Of a DNA stretch of 57,822 nucleotides, positions 28,488 through 39,225 are shown piece by piece. Both the position numbers and the translations under genes were made by a program. The stretch comes from Actinomycetota bacterium (GTDB taxonomy: Bacteria > Actinomycetota > UBA4738). Position 1 is the first letter of the stretch. Each line of letters opens with the position of its first letter. Below the pieces are notes generated by a model. That model saw nothing but the letters and a program-made list of their open reading frames with translations. It ran no database searches and was not told where the DNA came from. The stretch spans positions 1-57,822 of the forward strand of contig JBIOYQ010000142.1 of the NCBI GenBank assembly GCA_044870295.1, read 5' to 3'.

Positions 28488-29642
28488 TCAGCCGGCCGAG
28501 AGTCGCCGTTCGTACCGGCCACCCACCTGCCTCACCGACCCTCGGAGCTCCAGCCTGGCGATCGCGGAGAGCACCGCCGGGAGCGGCATGCCCGTGAGCA
28601 GCGCGAGCTGGTCCAAGGTGAGCGGGGCGCCCAGCATCCGCCAGACGGCCCGCTCGTCAGGCGCCACCGACGGATCGGCTCCGAGACCGGCGTCGGCGGA
28701 CGCGGTCCCGAGCGTGCCCGCGCTCTCGACCAGGTGGGCCAGGCCCAGGTCGCGGAGCAGGTCCTCCGACCCTCGGATCATGGTGGCCCCCTCTCGGATC
28801 AGGTCCAGCGGGACCTGGGAGAGGGCGCTGGTCGGAGATCCGGGGACGGCGAACACCTCGCGTCCCACGTCCAGTGCGTGGTGGGCCGTGATCATGGAGC
28901 CGCTCCCGCGCGCCCCTTCCACGACGACGAGCGCGCGGGACAGCGCGGCGACGATCCGGTTGCGAGCGGGGAAGCGGAACGGTTCGGCCGGGGTGCCGGG
29001 CGGGTACTCGCTGACGACCGCGAACCTGCTGGCGATCTCCGCCAGCAGCTCGGCGTGCTCCTTCGGGTAGACCATGTCGATCCCACATCCGAGCACCGCG
29101 ATGGTGGCGCCGCCGCCGTGCAGCGCGCCCTCGTGGGCGGCTCCGTCGATCCCCCGAGCCCCGCCGCTCACCACACACACCCCGGCCTGGGCGAGCCCGG
29201 AGGCGATCTCCTTGGCCACCTCCCGCCCGGTGGGTGAGCATGTGCGCGCGCCCACCATCGCCACCCTGGGGGTCAGCTCCGAGAGGTCGCGACCCCGGAC
29301 GAACAGGCCTGCGGGCGGATCGTGCAGGTGGAGCAGCTCGGGTGGATAGCCCGGCTCCCCCACCGCGACCAGACGCGCGCCGCACGCCCGGACCGCCCGT
29401 GCGGCCGCCGCCGGGTCCAGCACGCGGGCCCGATCGACGTCACCTTGGCTGGCCGAATCGCCCCGTCGCACGGCTCTGAGGCACGCCCAGGCCGTGGGGT
29501 GGTTCCGGGCCACCAGGCCGAGCCGCTGCGGGGTCAGCGACGCGAGATGGAGCAGGACCACCAGCGCCTGGCGGTCCCGCCGGGTGGCGGCGAAGCCGGG
29601 CGGATAGGAGACCTGCTCCTTCGATGAGGGACGATCGCTCAT
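28488..29642 (-). CDS. dprA: DNA-processing protein DprA
   Basis: YP..L......PP..LFVRG, VAMVGAR.CS..G, VVSGGARGIDGAAHEGAL, VVSEYPPGT.....FPARNRI.AALS, and a C-terminal winged-helix region. ATG 29642 overlaps the comM stop (ATGA). The 839-aa track ORF is read-through of this frame into comM. Confidence 0.93.
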   Translation of the reverse strand: MSDRPSSKEQVSYPPGFAATRRDRQALVVLLHLASLTPQRLGLVARNHPTAWACLRAVRRGDSASQGDVDRARVLDPAAAARAVRACGARLVAVGEPGYPPELLHLHDPPAGLFVRGRDLSELTPRVAMVGARTCSPTGREVAKEIASGLAQAGVCVVSGGARGIDGAAHEGALHGGGATIAVLGCGIDMVYPKEHAELLAEIASRFAVVSEYPPGTPAEPFRFPARNRIVAALSRALVVVEGARGSGSMITAHHALDVGREVFAVPGSPTSALSQVPLDLIREGATMIRGSEDLLRDLGLAHLVESAGTLGTASADAGLGADPSVAPDERAVWRMLGAPLTLDQLALLTGMPLPAVLSAIARLELRGSVRQVGGRYERRLSAG

Positions 29643-31210
29643 CCGGCCCGGACGGCCTCCTCGTGGGGATCGGCGGCCCGGTAGCGCAACGCTTCCAACA
29701 TGTGGCCTCCATCGACCTGCTCCGAGCCGGCGAGATCGGCCACGGTCCTGGCCACCTTCAGGGCCCGGTCGAAGCCGCGGCCCGACAGCTGCAGTCGGTC
29801 CACGGCGAGGGACAGCACGCCCTCGGCGTCCGTGGTCAGTCGGGCGTCCCGGCGCCCCACCTTCCCAGACATCTGGGCGTTCGAGGTCCAGGGTGTCCGC
29901 CGGAGCCTGAAGCGCTGACGTTCCCGGGCCTCCTCGACCCGATCGCGGATGGGCTTCGACGGCTCTCCAGCCATCGAGCCCATCAATTCCTCCCGGGACA
30001 ACCGCGGCACCGTCTGGTGGATGTCGATCCGGTCGAGCAGCGGTCCCGATAAGCGCTCCCGGTAGGTGACCACTCGGGCGGGAAGACATCGGCAGAGCCT
30101 CCGCCCGTCGCCCTGGTACCCGCACGGGCACGGGTTGCACGCAGCCACCAGGGCGAAGCGAGCGGGGAACTCCACGGCCCCGGAAGCCCGGGCCACCACG
30201 ATCCGTCCGTCCTCCATGGGCTGGCGCAGTCCCTCCACCGCGTCCCTCCGGAACTCGGTGAACTCGTCGAGGAACAACACGCCGTGGTGGGCCAGCGAGA
30301 CCTCGCCGGGGCGGAGGAACCCCGAGCCGCCCCCCAGCAGGCCCGGCACCGAGATGGAGTGGTGAGGAGCACGGAACGGCCGGAACTGGATGAGGCCCCC
30401 ACCCGAGAGCAGCCCGGCCACCGAGTGCAGTCGGGTGACTTCCAGGGCCTCCTGCCGAACCATGGCCGGGAGGATGGTCGGCAGCCGCCGCGCCAACATG
30501 GTCTTGCCGGATCCGGGCGGGCCCATCATCAGGACGTTGTGGCCCCCGGCCGCGGCCACCTCGAGTGCCCGTCTCGCTTCTCCCTGGCCGCGGACATCGG
30601 CGAAGTCGACGTCGGCGGCGTTGACGTCGTCGGGCGATGCCTGCGCCACCGGGGCCGGCGACGGCTTCCAGCCGCCCCGCAGGAACGCCGCCACGGCAGC
30701 CAACGTGGGTGCGCCCACAGCATGGAGGCCTTCGACCAGGGCGGCCTCGGCGGCGTTGCCCTCGGGAACGACCACGCCTCGCAAGCCGCGTGCCGCGGCG
30801 GCCATGGCCACGGGGAGGACGCCGGCCGTTGGCACGATCTCGCCCTTCAGCGACAGCTCGCCGAAGAAGGCGTAGCCGTCGAGCAGCCTGGGCGGGAGCT
30901 GCGCGGAAGCCGCCAGCACACCCAGCGCGATGGGGAGATCGAAGCCGGGACCCTCCTTCCGCAACCCCGCGGGCGACAGGTTCACCACGACACGGCGGAG
31001 GGGCCACGTGAGGCCGGAGCTCTCGACCGCCGGCCGGACCCGTTCGCGGGCGTCCTGGACCGCCGCCCCGGGCAGGCCCGAGAGGACGACGGCGGGGAGC
31101 CCTCGACCGACATGCGCCTCGACCGTCACCAGTCGTCCCTGGACCCCGACCACGGCAACGCCGAACACTCGCCCGTACACCCGCCGCACGGTAGGCCGGC
31201 CCGCCGACAC
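29639..31210 (-). CDS. comM: YifB/ComM family Mg-chelatase-like ATPase
   Basis: GL....VVGL.......RERV, DLPIALG, GGHNVLMMGPPGSGKTMLARRL, GVLFLDEF.EF, and a C-terminal Mg-chelatase domain. Confidence 0.93.
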   Translation of the reverse strand: MSAGRPTVRRVYGRVFGVAVVGVQGRLVTVEAHVGRGLPAVVLSGLPGAAVQDARERVRPAVESSGLTWPLRRVVVNLSPAGLRKEGPGFDLPIALGVLAASAQLPPRLLDGYAFFGELSLKGEIVPTAGVLPVAMAAAARGLRGVVVPEGNAAEAALVEGLHAVGAPTLAAVAAFLRGGWKPSPAPVAQASPDDVNAADVDFADVRGQGEARRALEVAAAGGHNVLMMGPPGSGKTMLARRLPTILPAMVRQEALEVTRLHSVAGLLSGGGLIQFRPFRAPHHSISVPGLLGGGSGFLRPGEVSLAHHGVLFLDEFTEFRRDAVEGLRQPMEDGRIVVARASGAVEFPARFALVAACNPCPCGYQGDGRRLCRCLPARVVTYRERLSGPLLDRIDIHQTVPRLSREELMGSMAGEPSKPIRDRVEEARERQRFRLRRTPWTSNAQMSGKVGRRDARLTTDAEGVLSLAVDRLQLSGRGFDRALKVARTVADLAGSEQVDGGHMLEALRYRAADPHEEAVRAG

Positions 31211-31276
31211 ACGATCCGGCTCTGCCCGTTCACCTGCGGAGACGTGCGGGGCACGTGCTCGCGAACGCTCCAGCCG

Positions 31277-31645
31277 TCAGAACGCCGCTTCGAACACGTA
31301 GACCACGGGCGGCCCGCCGCGCACGGCCGACACACTGGCGACATCGAAGCGGACCTCGTCCCACTCGAGTCCTCCGGCGCGTGCGAGGAAGGCCTGGGCC
31401 AAACCGCGAAGCTTCGCCTGCTTCCTCCAGGTCACGGCGTCGAACGGCCCACCCAGGGTGGCGCCTCGGCGCGTCTTCACCTCGCAGAACACGATGGTCC
31501 GGCCGCGCGCCAGCACCAGGTCCAGCTCACCCAGAGGGCACCGCCAGTTCCGAGCGAGCAATCGATAGCCGGCCCGACGGTAGTGGGCCAGCGCGGCACG
31601 CTCTCCAGCCGCGCCCACCGGCAGCGGCGCCGCAACACCGTCCAT
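31277..31645 (-). CDS. yraN: YraN family endonuclease (UPF0102)
   Basis: GERAALAHYRRAGYRLLARNWRCPLGELDLV......IVFCEVKTRR. ATG at 31645. Confidence 0.88.
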   Translation of the reverse strand: MDGVAAPLPVGAAGERAALAHYRRAGYRLLARNWRCPLGELDLVLARGRTIVFCEVKTRRGATLGGPFDAVTWRKQAKLRGLAQAFLARAGGLEWDEVRFDVASVSAVRGGPPVVYVFEAAF

Positions 31646-31713
31646 GACGGCGCCAGTGTGTGATGCCCCACCGACACCCTCCCGTACGGGCCGGCATGGG
31701 ATGAACGACGGCC

Positions 31714-32070
31714 CTAGTCGGTGTCGGAGTCCTCGGTCGGCTCGTGACGCGATGGACCGCCCATGGCTTCTTCGGGCCGGATGTCCTTGTGGGTGAGGTC
31801 CTCGATGTTCACGTCTCGGAAGGTGACCACCCGAACCCGGCTCACGAACCTGGAGGGGCGATACATGTCCCAGACCCATGCGTCCGTCAGCTCCAGCTCG
31901 AGCCACACCTCGACCGGGCCCTCGTGCCTGACGACCTCGACGTTGTTGGCGAGATAGAAACGCCGTTCGGTCTCGACCAGGTAGCTGAACATGGGCAGCA
32001 CGTCGCGATACTCGCGCCACAGGCGGAGCTCGAGGTCGTCCTCGTACCGCTCGATGTCCTCGTCGCTCAC
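31714..32070 (-). CDS. DUF2469 domain protein (actinobacterial conserved)
   Basis: SDEDIERYEDDLELRLWREYRDVLPMFSYLVETERRFYLAN. The GTG start overlaps the rnhB stop (GTGA). Confidence 0.85.
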   Translation of the reverse strand: MSDEDIERYEDDLELRLWREYRDVLPMFSYLVETERRFYLANNVEVVRHEGPVEVWLELELTDAWVWDMYRPSRFVSRVRVVTFRDVNIEDLTHKDIRPEEAMGGPSRHEPTEDSDTD

Positions 32071-32783
32071 GAGCCGTCCTCCCCCTTCATGGGACGAGCG
32101 TACAGGCGCAGGTAGGTCTCGGGATCCTCCTGGTAGAGCGTCATGCCCTTGAACGACATCCGGTGGATCGGCGACGGCCCGTACCGAGCGATGGCGGCGC
32201 GGTGGGACGGAGTCCCATAGCCCCGATGCTGGTCGAAGCCGTACTGCGGGAACCGGCGATGGTAGCGGTCCATGGCGCGGTCCCTGGTGACCTTCGCCAC
32301 CACCGACGCGGCGGCGACCGATGCGGTCACCGCGTCCCCCTTCTTGATGCACAGGTGCGGGAACCGGATCCCGCGAAGGGCGAACCCGTCGGTCAGGACG
32401 AAGTCGGGAAGAACGGTGAGCCGGCGGATGGCCGACCGCAGGAGCGCCAGGTTCGACACATGCAGGCCCCGATGGTCGATGCGCTGCGGGTACGCCCGGC
32501 AGACCGACATGGCCACCGCCACAGCGGTGATCCGCTCATACCAGTCGTCGCGTTGGTGGGGAGTCAGCACCTTGGAGTCCGCGAGGCCGTCGCACGCGAA
32601 CGCTTCCGGCAGGATCACGGCCGCTGCCACCAGCGGGCCGGCCAGGGCTCCCCGGCCGGCTTCGTCCACGCCGGCGACCAGCCGGAAGCCCTCGGCGTGC
32701 AGCCGCCGCTCGTAGCGATCGATGGGCCTGGGGGAGGCGTCGGCGCGGTCCAGGCGGCGAGCCTTCACGACCCGCGCAACCAC
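32067..32783 (-). CDS. rnhB: ribonuclease HII
   Basis: VAGVDEAGRGALAGPLVAAAV and DSK.L, and a C-terminal YGF..H.GYGT..H. An in-frame GTG at 32768 forms a GTGA overlap with the lepB stop and may be the true start. Confidence 0.92.
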   Translation of the reverse strand: MVARVVKARRLDRADASPRPIDRYERRLHAEGFRLVAGVDEAGRGALAGPLVAAAVILPEAFACDGLADSKVLTPHQRDDWYERITAVAVAMSVCRAYPQRIDHRGLHVSNLALLRSAIRRLTVLPDFVLTDGFALRGIRFPHLCIKKGDAVTASVAAASVVAKVTRDRAMDRYHRRFPQYGFDQHRGYGTPSHRAAIARYGPSPIHRMSFKGMTLYQEDPETYLRLYARPMKGEDGS

Positions 32784-33601
32784 CCCATGTGCGACGGCGG
32801 CCAGATGATCACGAACGCGCGGCCGATCACCTTGTCGTAGGGGATGAACCCGATCTGGGAGGACGGGTCCGGATGCACGCCGAGCCCGTATCGGGAGTCA
32901 CGAGAGTTGAGACGATTGTCGCCCAGGACGAACAGCATGTTCGCCGGGACTCTCACCGGCCCGCACTCACGGTCGTCCTCGGCCGCGATATACGGCTCGC
33001 TGAGACGTTGGCCGTTAATGAACACGGCCCCGTTCCTGCATTCGACCAGGTCCCCGGGCAATCCGATCACCCGCTTGATGAAGTCCTTCTCCGGGCTGGT
33101 CGCGACGCCGAGCCCTTCCGTCAGCCAGTGCCAGAACGCGGAGACGGCATTGCGATGCGGCTGGGGTCCGGGGTCCGGATCGGCGAACACGATGATGTCC
33201 CCGCGGCGGGGAGGATGCAGGTGATACACCACCTTGTTGACCAGCACCCGATCGCCCACGTTGAGGGTCGGTTCCATCGATTCCGAGGGGATGTAGAAGG
33301 CCTGCATCAGGAACGTTTTGATCAGCAGGGCCAGGATGAACGCGATCACCAGCAGGACGGGAAGCTCCTGCAAGAAGGACAGGACGCCGTGGCCTGACTT
33401 CCCCGGCTTGCCGGGCTTCTGTCCCCGCGACGCTTCGACGGTCGGCTCCTCGCCGACGGATCCAGGCGCTCGATCGTGAGTGGCGGTAGCTGCGTCGCCC
33501 GGTTCGGCGGCGGCCGCCGGCTGATCCAGGGCCTCGGTCACGGGGTCCGCGCCTGCGGGAGGATCGCCCGACTCGGGCCGCTGCGTCGGGCTGGACGACA
33601 T
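32765..33601 (-). CDS. lepB: signal peptidase I
   Basis: TM segment LPVLLVIAFILALLIKTFL, then IPSESMEPTL..GDRVLV.K, RGDIIVF, IKRVIGLPGD, VLGDNR.NS.DSR. P/A-rich N-terminal extension. Confidence 0.92.
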   Translation of the reverse strand: MSSSPTQRPESGDPPAGADPVTEALDQPAAAAEPGDAATATHDRAPGSVGEEPTVEASRGQKPGKPGKSGHGVLSFLQELPVLLVIAFILALLIKTFLMQAFYIPSESMEPTLNVGDRVLVNKVVYHLHPPRRGDIIVFADPDPGPQPHRNAVSAFWHWLTEGLGVATSPEKDFIKRVIGLPGDLVECRNGAVFINGQRLSEPYIAAEDDRECGPVRVPANMLFVLGDNRLNSRDSRYGLGVHPDPSSQIGFIPYDKVIGRAFVIIWPPSHMGWLRGS

Positions 33602-33605
33602 CGGA

Positions 33606-34010
33606 TCAAGCCTGCTCCGACTCTGCTCCCTCGTCGCGGGGCTCGGCGGGCTCTGCCACGGACCCGGTCTCGCGCCGTTCCCTGATGCGGGCGCTCTTCC
33701 CCCGACGTTCTCGCAGGTAGTACAGCTTGGCTCGTCGGACCCGTCCGCGGGAAACGAGCTCGATCCGGGCGATGGTGGGCGAGTGGAGTGGGAAGGTCCG
33801 CTCGACGCCGACCCCGAAGGACACCTTGCGGGCGGTGAAGGTCTCGCGCAAGCCCCCGCCGCGGCGACGGATCACCACGCCCTGGAACACCTGGATGCGC
33901 TCTCGGCCGGCCTCGGCCACACGAACGTGCACGCGAACGGTGTCGCCCGGCCGGAACTCCGGCAGGTCTTCGCGCAGGCGAGGCTTTTCGACGAGGTCGA
34001 CCTTGTTCAT
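33606..34010 (-). CDS. rplS: 50S ribosomal protein L19 (short acidic C-terminal extension)
   Basis: [29 protein letters not shown]......[21 protein letters not shown]....IE. ATG at 34010. Confidence 0.95.
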   Translation of the reverse strand: MNKVDLVEKPRLREDLPEFRPGDTVRVHVRVAEAGRERIQVFQGVVIRRRGGGLRETFTARKVSFGVGVERTFPLHSPTIARIELVSRGRVRRAKLYYLRERRGKSARIRERRETGSVAEPAEPRDEGAESEQA

Positions 34011-34052
34011 AGCAGGTACGTCCCTTGGGAACGCTTGGGGTGCGGTGCGCAA

Positions 34053-34745
34053 TCATAGCATCGAGCTGCGGTCGTCCCCGCCCAGCAAGTCGGGCCGATT
34101 GCGACGCGTCTTGTCCAGGGCGGCCTTCCGGCGCCATTCGGCGATCTTCCCGTGATCTCCCGACAGCAGCACGTCGGGAACCTCCATGCCCCGGTACTCG
34201 CGGGGGCGGGTGTAGTGAGGATGGTCGAGGAGCTCCTCTTCGAACGACTCCGAACCCAGCGACTCCTCGTTCCCCACCACTCCGGGAACCAGGCGCGTGA
34301 CCGCTTCGAGCAACACAAGCGCGGGGATCTCTCCGCCCGACAGGACGAAATCGCCGATCGATACCTCCTCAGCCGGGATCCCGGCCACCACCCGCTCGTC
34401 CACACCCTCGTACCGTCCGCAGATCAACACGAGCCACGGTTCGCCGGCCAGCTCGCGCACCAGGGCCTGGTCCAACCGACGACCGGCCGGAGAGAGCAGG
34501 ATCACGCGCTTCGGTTCCTCCCCGAGCGCCTCAACGGCCTCGAAGATCGGGCCGGGCTTCATCACCATCCCCGGTCCGCCGCCGAAGGCGTAGTCGTCGA
34601 CCTGCCGGTGGCGGTCGTGCGTGTGCTCGCGGATGTCGTGCACCTGCACGCGAACCACACCGGACTCCACGGCGCGGCCCAGCAGACTCTCGCGAAGAGG
34701 CCCCTCGAAGATGCCGGGGAACAACGTGAGCACGTCGACGCGCAT
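34053..34745 (-). CDS. trmD: tRNA (guanine37-N1)-methyltransferase TrmD
   Basis: MRVDVLTLFPGIFEGPL, DDYAFGGGPGMVMKP, LICGRYEGVDERV, SIGDFVLSGGE.PALV. ATG at 34745. Confidence 0.95.
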   Translation of the reverse strand: MRVDVLTLFPGIFEGPLRESLLGRAVESGVVRVQVHDIREHTHDRHRQVDDYAFGGGPGMVMKPGPIFEAVEALGEEPKRVILLSPAGRRLDQALVRELAGEPWLVLICGRYEGVDERVVAGIPAEEVSIGDFVLSGGEIPALVLLEAVTRLVPGVVGNEESLGSESFEEELLDHPHYTRPREYRGMEVPDVLLSGDHGKIAEWRRKAALDKTRRNRPDLLGGDDRSSML

Positions 34746-34771
34746 GCGTGCCTCGGTGGGGCTTGGCTCGG

Positions 34772-35287
34772 TCACGGCTCGGTCAGGCCCGGGACGAGGC
34801 GCACGACGATCCGCCGCGCGGACAGGTCGACGTCGGCGACGACCTCCTTGAGGGCCGGCACCAGCGTCTCCTCCCCGTCCGCCTTCACCAGCCACACGTC
34901 GTTCGCCTGCGTGTGGATGACCTCGCGGACGGATCCCAACGAACGTCCGTCCTCCGCGACGACGTGGCACCCGATCAGGTCGTGGGTCCAGAACTCACCC
35001 GGCGGGAGGGACGGCGACTCGGAGGCTGGGACGAAGAGATACGTGCCCTGGAGGGCCTCCGCTCGATCCCGGTCGATCAGCCCTCTGAACTTCACGAGCA
35101 GGCGCCCTCGATGAGGCCGTGCCTCGGCCACGACCAGCTCCTCGCCCTGATCTTCACCGACCAGCACGCGCGCACCCGGCTCGAACCTGGCCTCGACCTG
35201 GGAGAGAGGAAGCACCGCGACCTCTCCTTTGACGCCGTGCGCCCTGGTGATCCTGCCGACCGCAACGAACCGAGGAGGATCGCTCAC
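34772..35287 (-). CDS. rimM: 16S rRNA processing protein RimM
   Basis: VAVGRITRAHGVKGEV and a PRC-barrel C-terminus. The GTG start overlaps the upstream KH-protein stop (GTGA). Confidence 0.9.
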   Translation of the reverse strand: MSDPPRFVAVGRITRAHGVKGEVAVLPLSQVEARFEPGARVLVGEDQGEELVVAEARPHRGRLLVKFRGLIDRDRAEALQGTYLFVPASESPSLPPGEFWTHDLIGCHVVAEDGRSLGSVREVIHTQANDVWLVKADGEETLVPALKEVVADVDLSARRIVVRLVPGLTEP

Positions 35288-35520
35288 CCAGCGATCTCGA
35301 CGACCATGACCCGGCCGTCCTTGGTCCCGGCGGCCCGCATCACGTCACGGATCGCCTTGACCGTGCGGCCGCCCCGGCCGATCACCTTCCCAACGTCGTC
35401 GCTGGCCACCGAGAGCCGGAGGATGGTTCGCCCCTCGCCATCGGCTTGGGTGACGGTGACGGCGTCGGGGTCGTCGACCAGGTTCCTGGCGATGTACTCC
35501 AGGAGCTCCCTCGGATCCAT
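35284..35520 (-). CDS. KH-domain RNA-binding protein (YlqC/UPF0109)
   Basis: LLEYIARNLVDDPDAV.V........L.L.V...D.GKVIGR.GRT.KAIR. Lies between rpsP and rimM. Confidence 0.88.
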   Translation of the reverse strand: MDPRELLEYIARNLVDDPDAVTVTQADGEGRTILRLSVASDDVGKVIGRGGRTVKAIRDVMRAAGTKDGRVMVVEIAG

Positions 35521-35529
35521 GGAGGATCC

Positions 35530-35811
35530 TTACGTGGTGCCCTTGGAGGCTGTGCGGGCGGCCTGGAACTTCTCCCAGATCCCCTGTGCTCTCAGGAGCG
35601 CGGTGACCTGCTCCGTGGGCTGTGCGCCCTTGTCCAACCAGTACAGCGCGCGGTCCTCGTCGATCTCGATGAGCGACGGGTCCTGCAGGGGCTGGTACCG
35701 CCCGATGCTCTCGATGAACCGGCCGTCGCGCGGGCTCCGCGAGTCGGCCACCACGACGCGGTAGGCGGGGCGCTTGGTCGCCCCCCTCCGCATCAACCTG
35801 ATCTTGACCAT
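35530..35811 (-). CDS. rpsP: 30S ribosomal protein S16
   Basis: [38 protein letters not shown]. Confidence 0.96.
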   Translation of the reverse strand: MVKIRLMRRGATKRPAYRVVVADSRSPRDGRFIESIGRYQPLQDPSLIEIDEDRALYWLDKGAQPTEQVTALLRAQGIWEKFQAARTASKGTT

Positions 35812-35869
35812 CCGAACTCCTCTCGGCCGGCGAACGGCCCGATGCCGCTCGCTCGCGATCGCAGGCGCC

Positions 35870-37243
35870 TCAGGTGCCCGGGAGTCGCATCCCTGGGGGG
35901 AGCTTCGGCAGCTTCAGGCCCTTCATGCCCTTGGCCCCACCGCCGAACCCGGCCATCCCCATCATCGACTTCATCATCTTCCTGGCTTGGGCGAACTGCT
36001 TCAGCAGGGCGTTGACGTCCGCTGTGGTGCTGCCCGAGCCCCGGGCGATCCGAAGGCGCCGGCTCCCGCCGATGATAGCGGGGTTCCGCCGCTCTTCCGG
36101 CGTCATCGAACAGATGATGGCCTCGGTCCGGGCCATCTCGCCCTCGTCCACCTCCAGGTCCTTGAGCTGTTCCTTGGCCCCCGGCACGCCGGGGAGCATG
36201 GCAAGCAGGTCCTGGAGGGGGCCCAGCTTCTTCACCTGGCGCATCTGCTCCAGGAAGTCCTCGAGGGTGAACTCCGCCCGAGCCATCTTCTCGGCGGCCT
36301 CGCGGGCCTTGTCCTGGTCCATCTCCTTCTCGGCCTTCTCGATCAGGGTCAGGACGTCGCCCATCCCCAGGATGCGAGACGCCATCCGGTCGGGATAGAA
36401 CGGCTCCAGATCGCCCAGCTTCTCCCCCACTCCGGCGAAGAAGATGGGCCGCCCGGTGACGTGGGTGATCGACAGCGCCGCCCCGCCCCGAGCGTCGCCG
36501 TCCAGCTTCGTCAGGACGAATCCCGTCACGTCGACCTCGCGCATGAACTCGCGGGCCTGGATGACGGCGTCCTGACCCGTCATCGAGTCGCACGCCATCA
36601 GGACGTGGTGCGGTTTGATGGCCTCCTTGACCCGGCGGGCCTCGCGCATCATCTCCGGGTCGACGTGCAGTCGTCCGGCAGTGTCGACGATCACCACGTT
36701 GCGGCCCTCCCGGATGGCCTGCTTCACCGCCGCCTTGGCCACCTTCTCCGGACGGTTCCCGTCCGACACCACGGGCACGCCGACCTCGCCGCCCAAGGTG
36801 AACAGCTGCTCGATCGCGGCGGGCCGCTGCAAGTCCGCTGCCACCAACAGCGGCTGCCGTCCCTTTTCCTTCAGGTGGAGAGCCAACTTCGCGCAATGGG
36901 TGGTCTTCCCCGACCCCTGGACGCCGGCCATCATGATGACGACCGGGTTCACGCCGGGCAGCTTGAAGGGCGTGTGGGCACCGCCGAGCGTGGCCGTCAG
37001 CTCGTCGCGAACGACCTTGATGACCTGCTGGGCGGGCGTCAGGCTTCGGAGGACCTCGTCGGAAAGCGCTCTGGCGCGAACGCGATCGAGGAACCCGTCC
37101 ACGACGTCGAGCGCCACGTCCGCATCGAGCAGGGCCGTCCGGATCTCGGCGAGCGCGGCGTCCACCTGCTTGGGGTGGAGCTTGCCTCGCGACTTGAGCT
37201 TGCGGAAGACCGCATTGAAGCGGTCGGTCAGCGCATCGAACAT
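35870..37243 (-). CDS. ffh: signal recognition particle protein Ffh
   Basis: [45 protein letters not shown], and a Met-rich M domain ([10 protein letters not shown]). ATG at 37243. Confidence 0.96.
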   Translation of the reverse strand: MFDALTDRFNAVFRKLKSRGKLHPKQVDAALAEIRTALLDADVALDVVDGFLDRVRARALSDEVLRSLTPAQQVIKVVRDELTATLGGAHTPFKLPGVNPVVIMMAGVQGSGKTTHCAKLALHLKEKGRQPLLVAADLQRPAAIEQLFTLGGEVGVPVVSDGNRPEKVAKAAVKQAIREGRNVVIVDTAGRLHVDPEMMREARRVKEAIKPHHVLMACDSMTGQDAVIQAREFMREVDVTGFVLTKLDGDARGGAALSITHVTGRPIFFAGVGEKLGDLEPFYPDRMASRILGMGDVLTLIEKAEKEMDQDKAREAAEKMARAEFTLEDFLEQMRQVKKLGPLQDLLAMLPGVPGAKEQLKDLEVDEGEMARTEAIICSMTPEERRNPAIIGGSRRLRIARGSGSTTADVNALLKQFAQARKMMKSMMGMAGFGGGAKGMKGLKLPKLPPGMRLPGT

Positions 37244-37314
37244 GCCGTCGTCGATTTCTCGGGAGACCTGCGGCCGTATGCTAGCCGCGACAGGCCATTG
37301 TACGAGAGGCGGCG

Positions 37315-39225
37315 GTGACAGCGGCCGACACCCGCGCCAGCAGGGAACTCGACCAGGCACGACGACTGGAGCGCGGGCTGAGCAGGGTCCGGAGCTTCGG
37401 GGTCCTGCTCGGCATCTACCTGGTCTCCCAGACGAACAGCGGCCCGCCTCCGCACGCCACGAACACCGTGCTGGCCGCGGGGTACGCGCTGATGGCTGGC
37501 CTGGCCGTCGCCAACATGGGGATCTGGCTGGGCACCCGGCGCGCCACGACCGTCGACGCCATGCGGAAGATCGGCGTCGTGGCTTTCGCCATCGACATGC
37601 TGGTGCTGTTCGCCTTGACCTGGGTGTTCAGCTACCAGCCGAACGACACCACGTGGGTCGTCCTCTACATCCTGCCGCTGGAGGGTGCCCTCCGGTACCG
37701 GCTGCGCGGCGCCCTGGCCAGCGTGGCGCTCACGCTCGTCAACGAGACGGCCCGCGATGCGTACCTGGCCTCCCGGTTCGCCGGCTATCCCTTCCTGGTG
37801 TCGAACGTGGTGTTCCGTGCGGGCATCCAGTCGATCATCGCCCTGGTCGCCGGGTTCATGGCCCGCTCCCTGGCCCGGCAGGCCGGGAAAGCCGAGGAGG
37901 AGGCCCGGCGGGCGGAGGCCGTGGCCAGCCGCGAGACCTCGGCCAGACGCGAGCTCGCCGCGTTCAACACCGCCATCCTCACCGGTGTGGCGGCCGAGGA
38001 CCTGGATCCCTCGATCAGGCTGATGGCCGAAGCGATCGGCCGGGACCTCGGGTTCGAGGCCTTCACCATCCTCCTCCGCGACGGCGACGAGCTGGTGGTG
38101 AAAGGGATGTCGGGCATGCCCTTCTACGAGGACCGCATCCCTTTGGGCCAGGGGGTGACCGGGACCTGTGCCGCCACCGGTCGCGCGCTGATCGTCCCCG
38201 ATGTTTCCACCTTCCATGGCTACATCCAGGTAGATCCGGAGATGCGCTCGGAGATGGCCGCGCCCCTGCGGATCGGTGAGGAGGTCATCGGCGTTCTGGA
38301 CGTCGAGAGCCGGACGCCCGACGCCTTCGACCAGACGTCCCTCGACGTGCTGGTCCGCCTGGCCGATCAGATCGCCCTCGTGGCGCACAGCAACCTCCTG
38401 TTGTCCCAGCAGGCGGAGACGGTCCGGCGGCTGAAGGAGCTGGACCAGATGAAATCGGACTTCGTCGCCATCACCAGCCACGAGCTGCGCACGCCGATCA
38501 CCGCCATCCGGGGCTTCGTCAGCACGCTCCTGCGCAACCAGGATCGCCTCGAGCCCGACCAGGTCGCCAGCTTCATGGCCATCATCGATCGCCAGAGTGC
38601 CCGCCTCGCCAGGCTCGTCGAGGACCTGCTGTTCGTGTCGAAGATCGAGGCCGGGGCGCTCCAGCTCACGGTCCAGGAGGTGGACCTGGGGGACTTCCTC
38701 CGGGAATGCGTGGAGTCCATCGGGCCGGACGCGAAGGCACGCGTGCAGCTGCTGCCTCCACCCGACGGCACGTCCGCTCCCATCGACCCCCAGCGCGTCG
38801 ACCAGATCGTGCGCAACCTGGTGGACAACGCCCTCAAGTTCTCCGACCCCGACCAGTCGGTCCTCCTGGAGGCGAGGGCGGATGCCGATACCGTCACGTT
38901 CTCCGTCACCGATCGCGGCCCGGGGATCGCCGCCCAGGATCTCCCCCGCATCTTCGACCGCTTCCACCAAGCCGCCGACGCCATGACGCGCGAGCGCGAG
39001 GGCGCCGGGTTGGGCCTGTACATCACGAAGCGCCTGGTGGAAGCCATGGGCGGGACCATCGAGGTCAGCTCGGAGCTGGGGAGCGGTTCCATGTTCGTGG
39101 TGCGCCTACCCCGGACCCTTCGGGCATGGGCCACCGCGGAGGGTCACGCCATGGATGGCCGGGTCAGCCAATCGAGCCAGGTCAGTGCGCCGGTGGGATC
39201 CCCGCGGTTCCCCGAAGCTCCCTGA
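37315..39225 (+). CDS. membrane-bound GAF-domain sensor histidine kinase (orphan; no adjacent response regulator)
   Basis: About 6 N-terminal hydrophobic segments, a GAF-like region (GQGVTGTCAATGRALIVPDV......D..MRSEMAAPL..GEEVIGVLDVES), H-box ITSHELRTPITAI, N-box VRNLVDNALKF, and G-boxes DRGPGI and GAGLGLYITKRLVEAMGG. Confidence 0.88.
   Translation: MTAADTRASRELDQARRLERGLSRVRSFGVLLGIYLVSQTNSGPPPHATNTVLAAGYALMAGLAVANMGIWLGTRRATTVDAMRKIGVVAFAIDMLVLFALTWVFSYQPNDTTWVVLYILPLEGALRYRLRGALASVALTLVNETARDAYLASRFAGYPFLVSNVVFRAGIQSIIALVAGFMARSLARQAGKAEEEARRAEAVASRETSARRELAAFNTAILTGVAAEDLDPSIRLMAEAIGRDLGFEAFTILLRDGDELVVKGMSGMPFYEDRIPLGQGVTGTCAATGRALIVPDVSTFHGYIQVDPEMRSEMAAPLRIGEEVIGVLDVESRTPDAFDQTSLDVLVRLADQIALVAHSNLLLSQQAETVRRLKELDQMKSDFVAITSHELRTPITAIRGFVSTLLRNQDRLEPDQVASFMAIIDRQSARLARLVEDLLFVSKIEAGALQLTVQEVDLGDFLRECVESIGPDAKARVQLLPPPDGTSAPIDPQRVDQIVRNLVDNALKFSDPDQSVLLEARADADTVTFSVTDRGPGIAAQDLPRIFDRFHQAADAMTREREGAGLGLYITKRLVEAMGGTIEVSSELGSGSMFVVRLPRTLRAWATAEGHAMDGRVSQSSQVSAPVGSPRFPEAP

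Noticed and set aside
28488-31007. 839-aa minus-strand ORF suggesting a giant DprA fusion protein.
   Set aside because: Only the last 384 codons, from ATG 29642 (ATGA overlap with the comM stop), are DprA-like. The upstream 455 codons are R/G/P-rich and overlap the comM coding region, which has clear AAA+/Mg-chelatase motifs in another frame.
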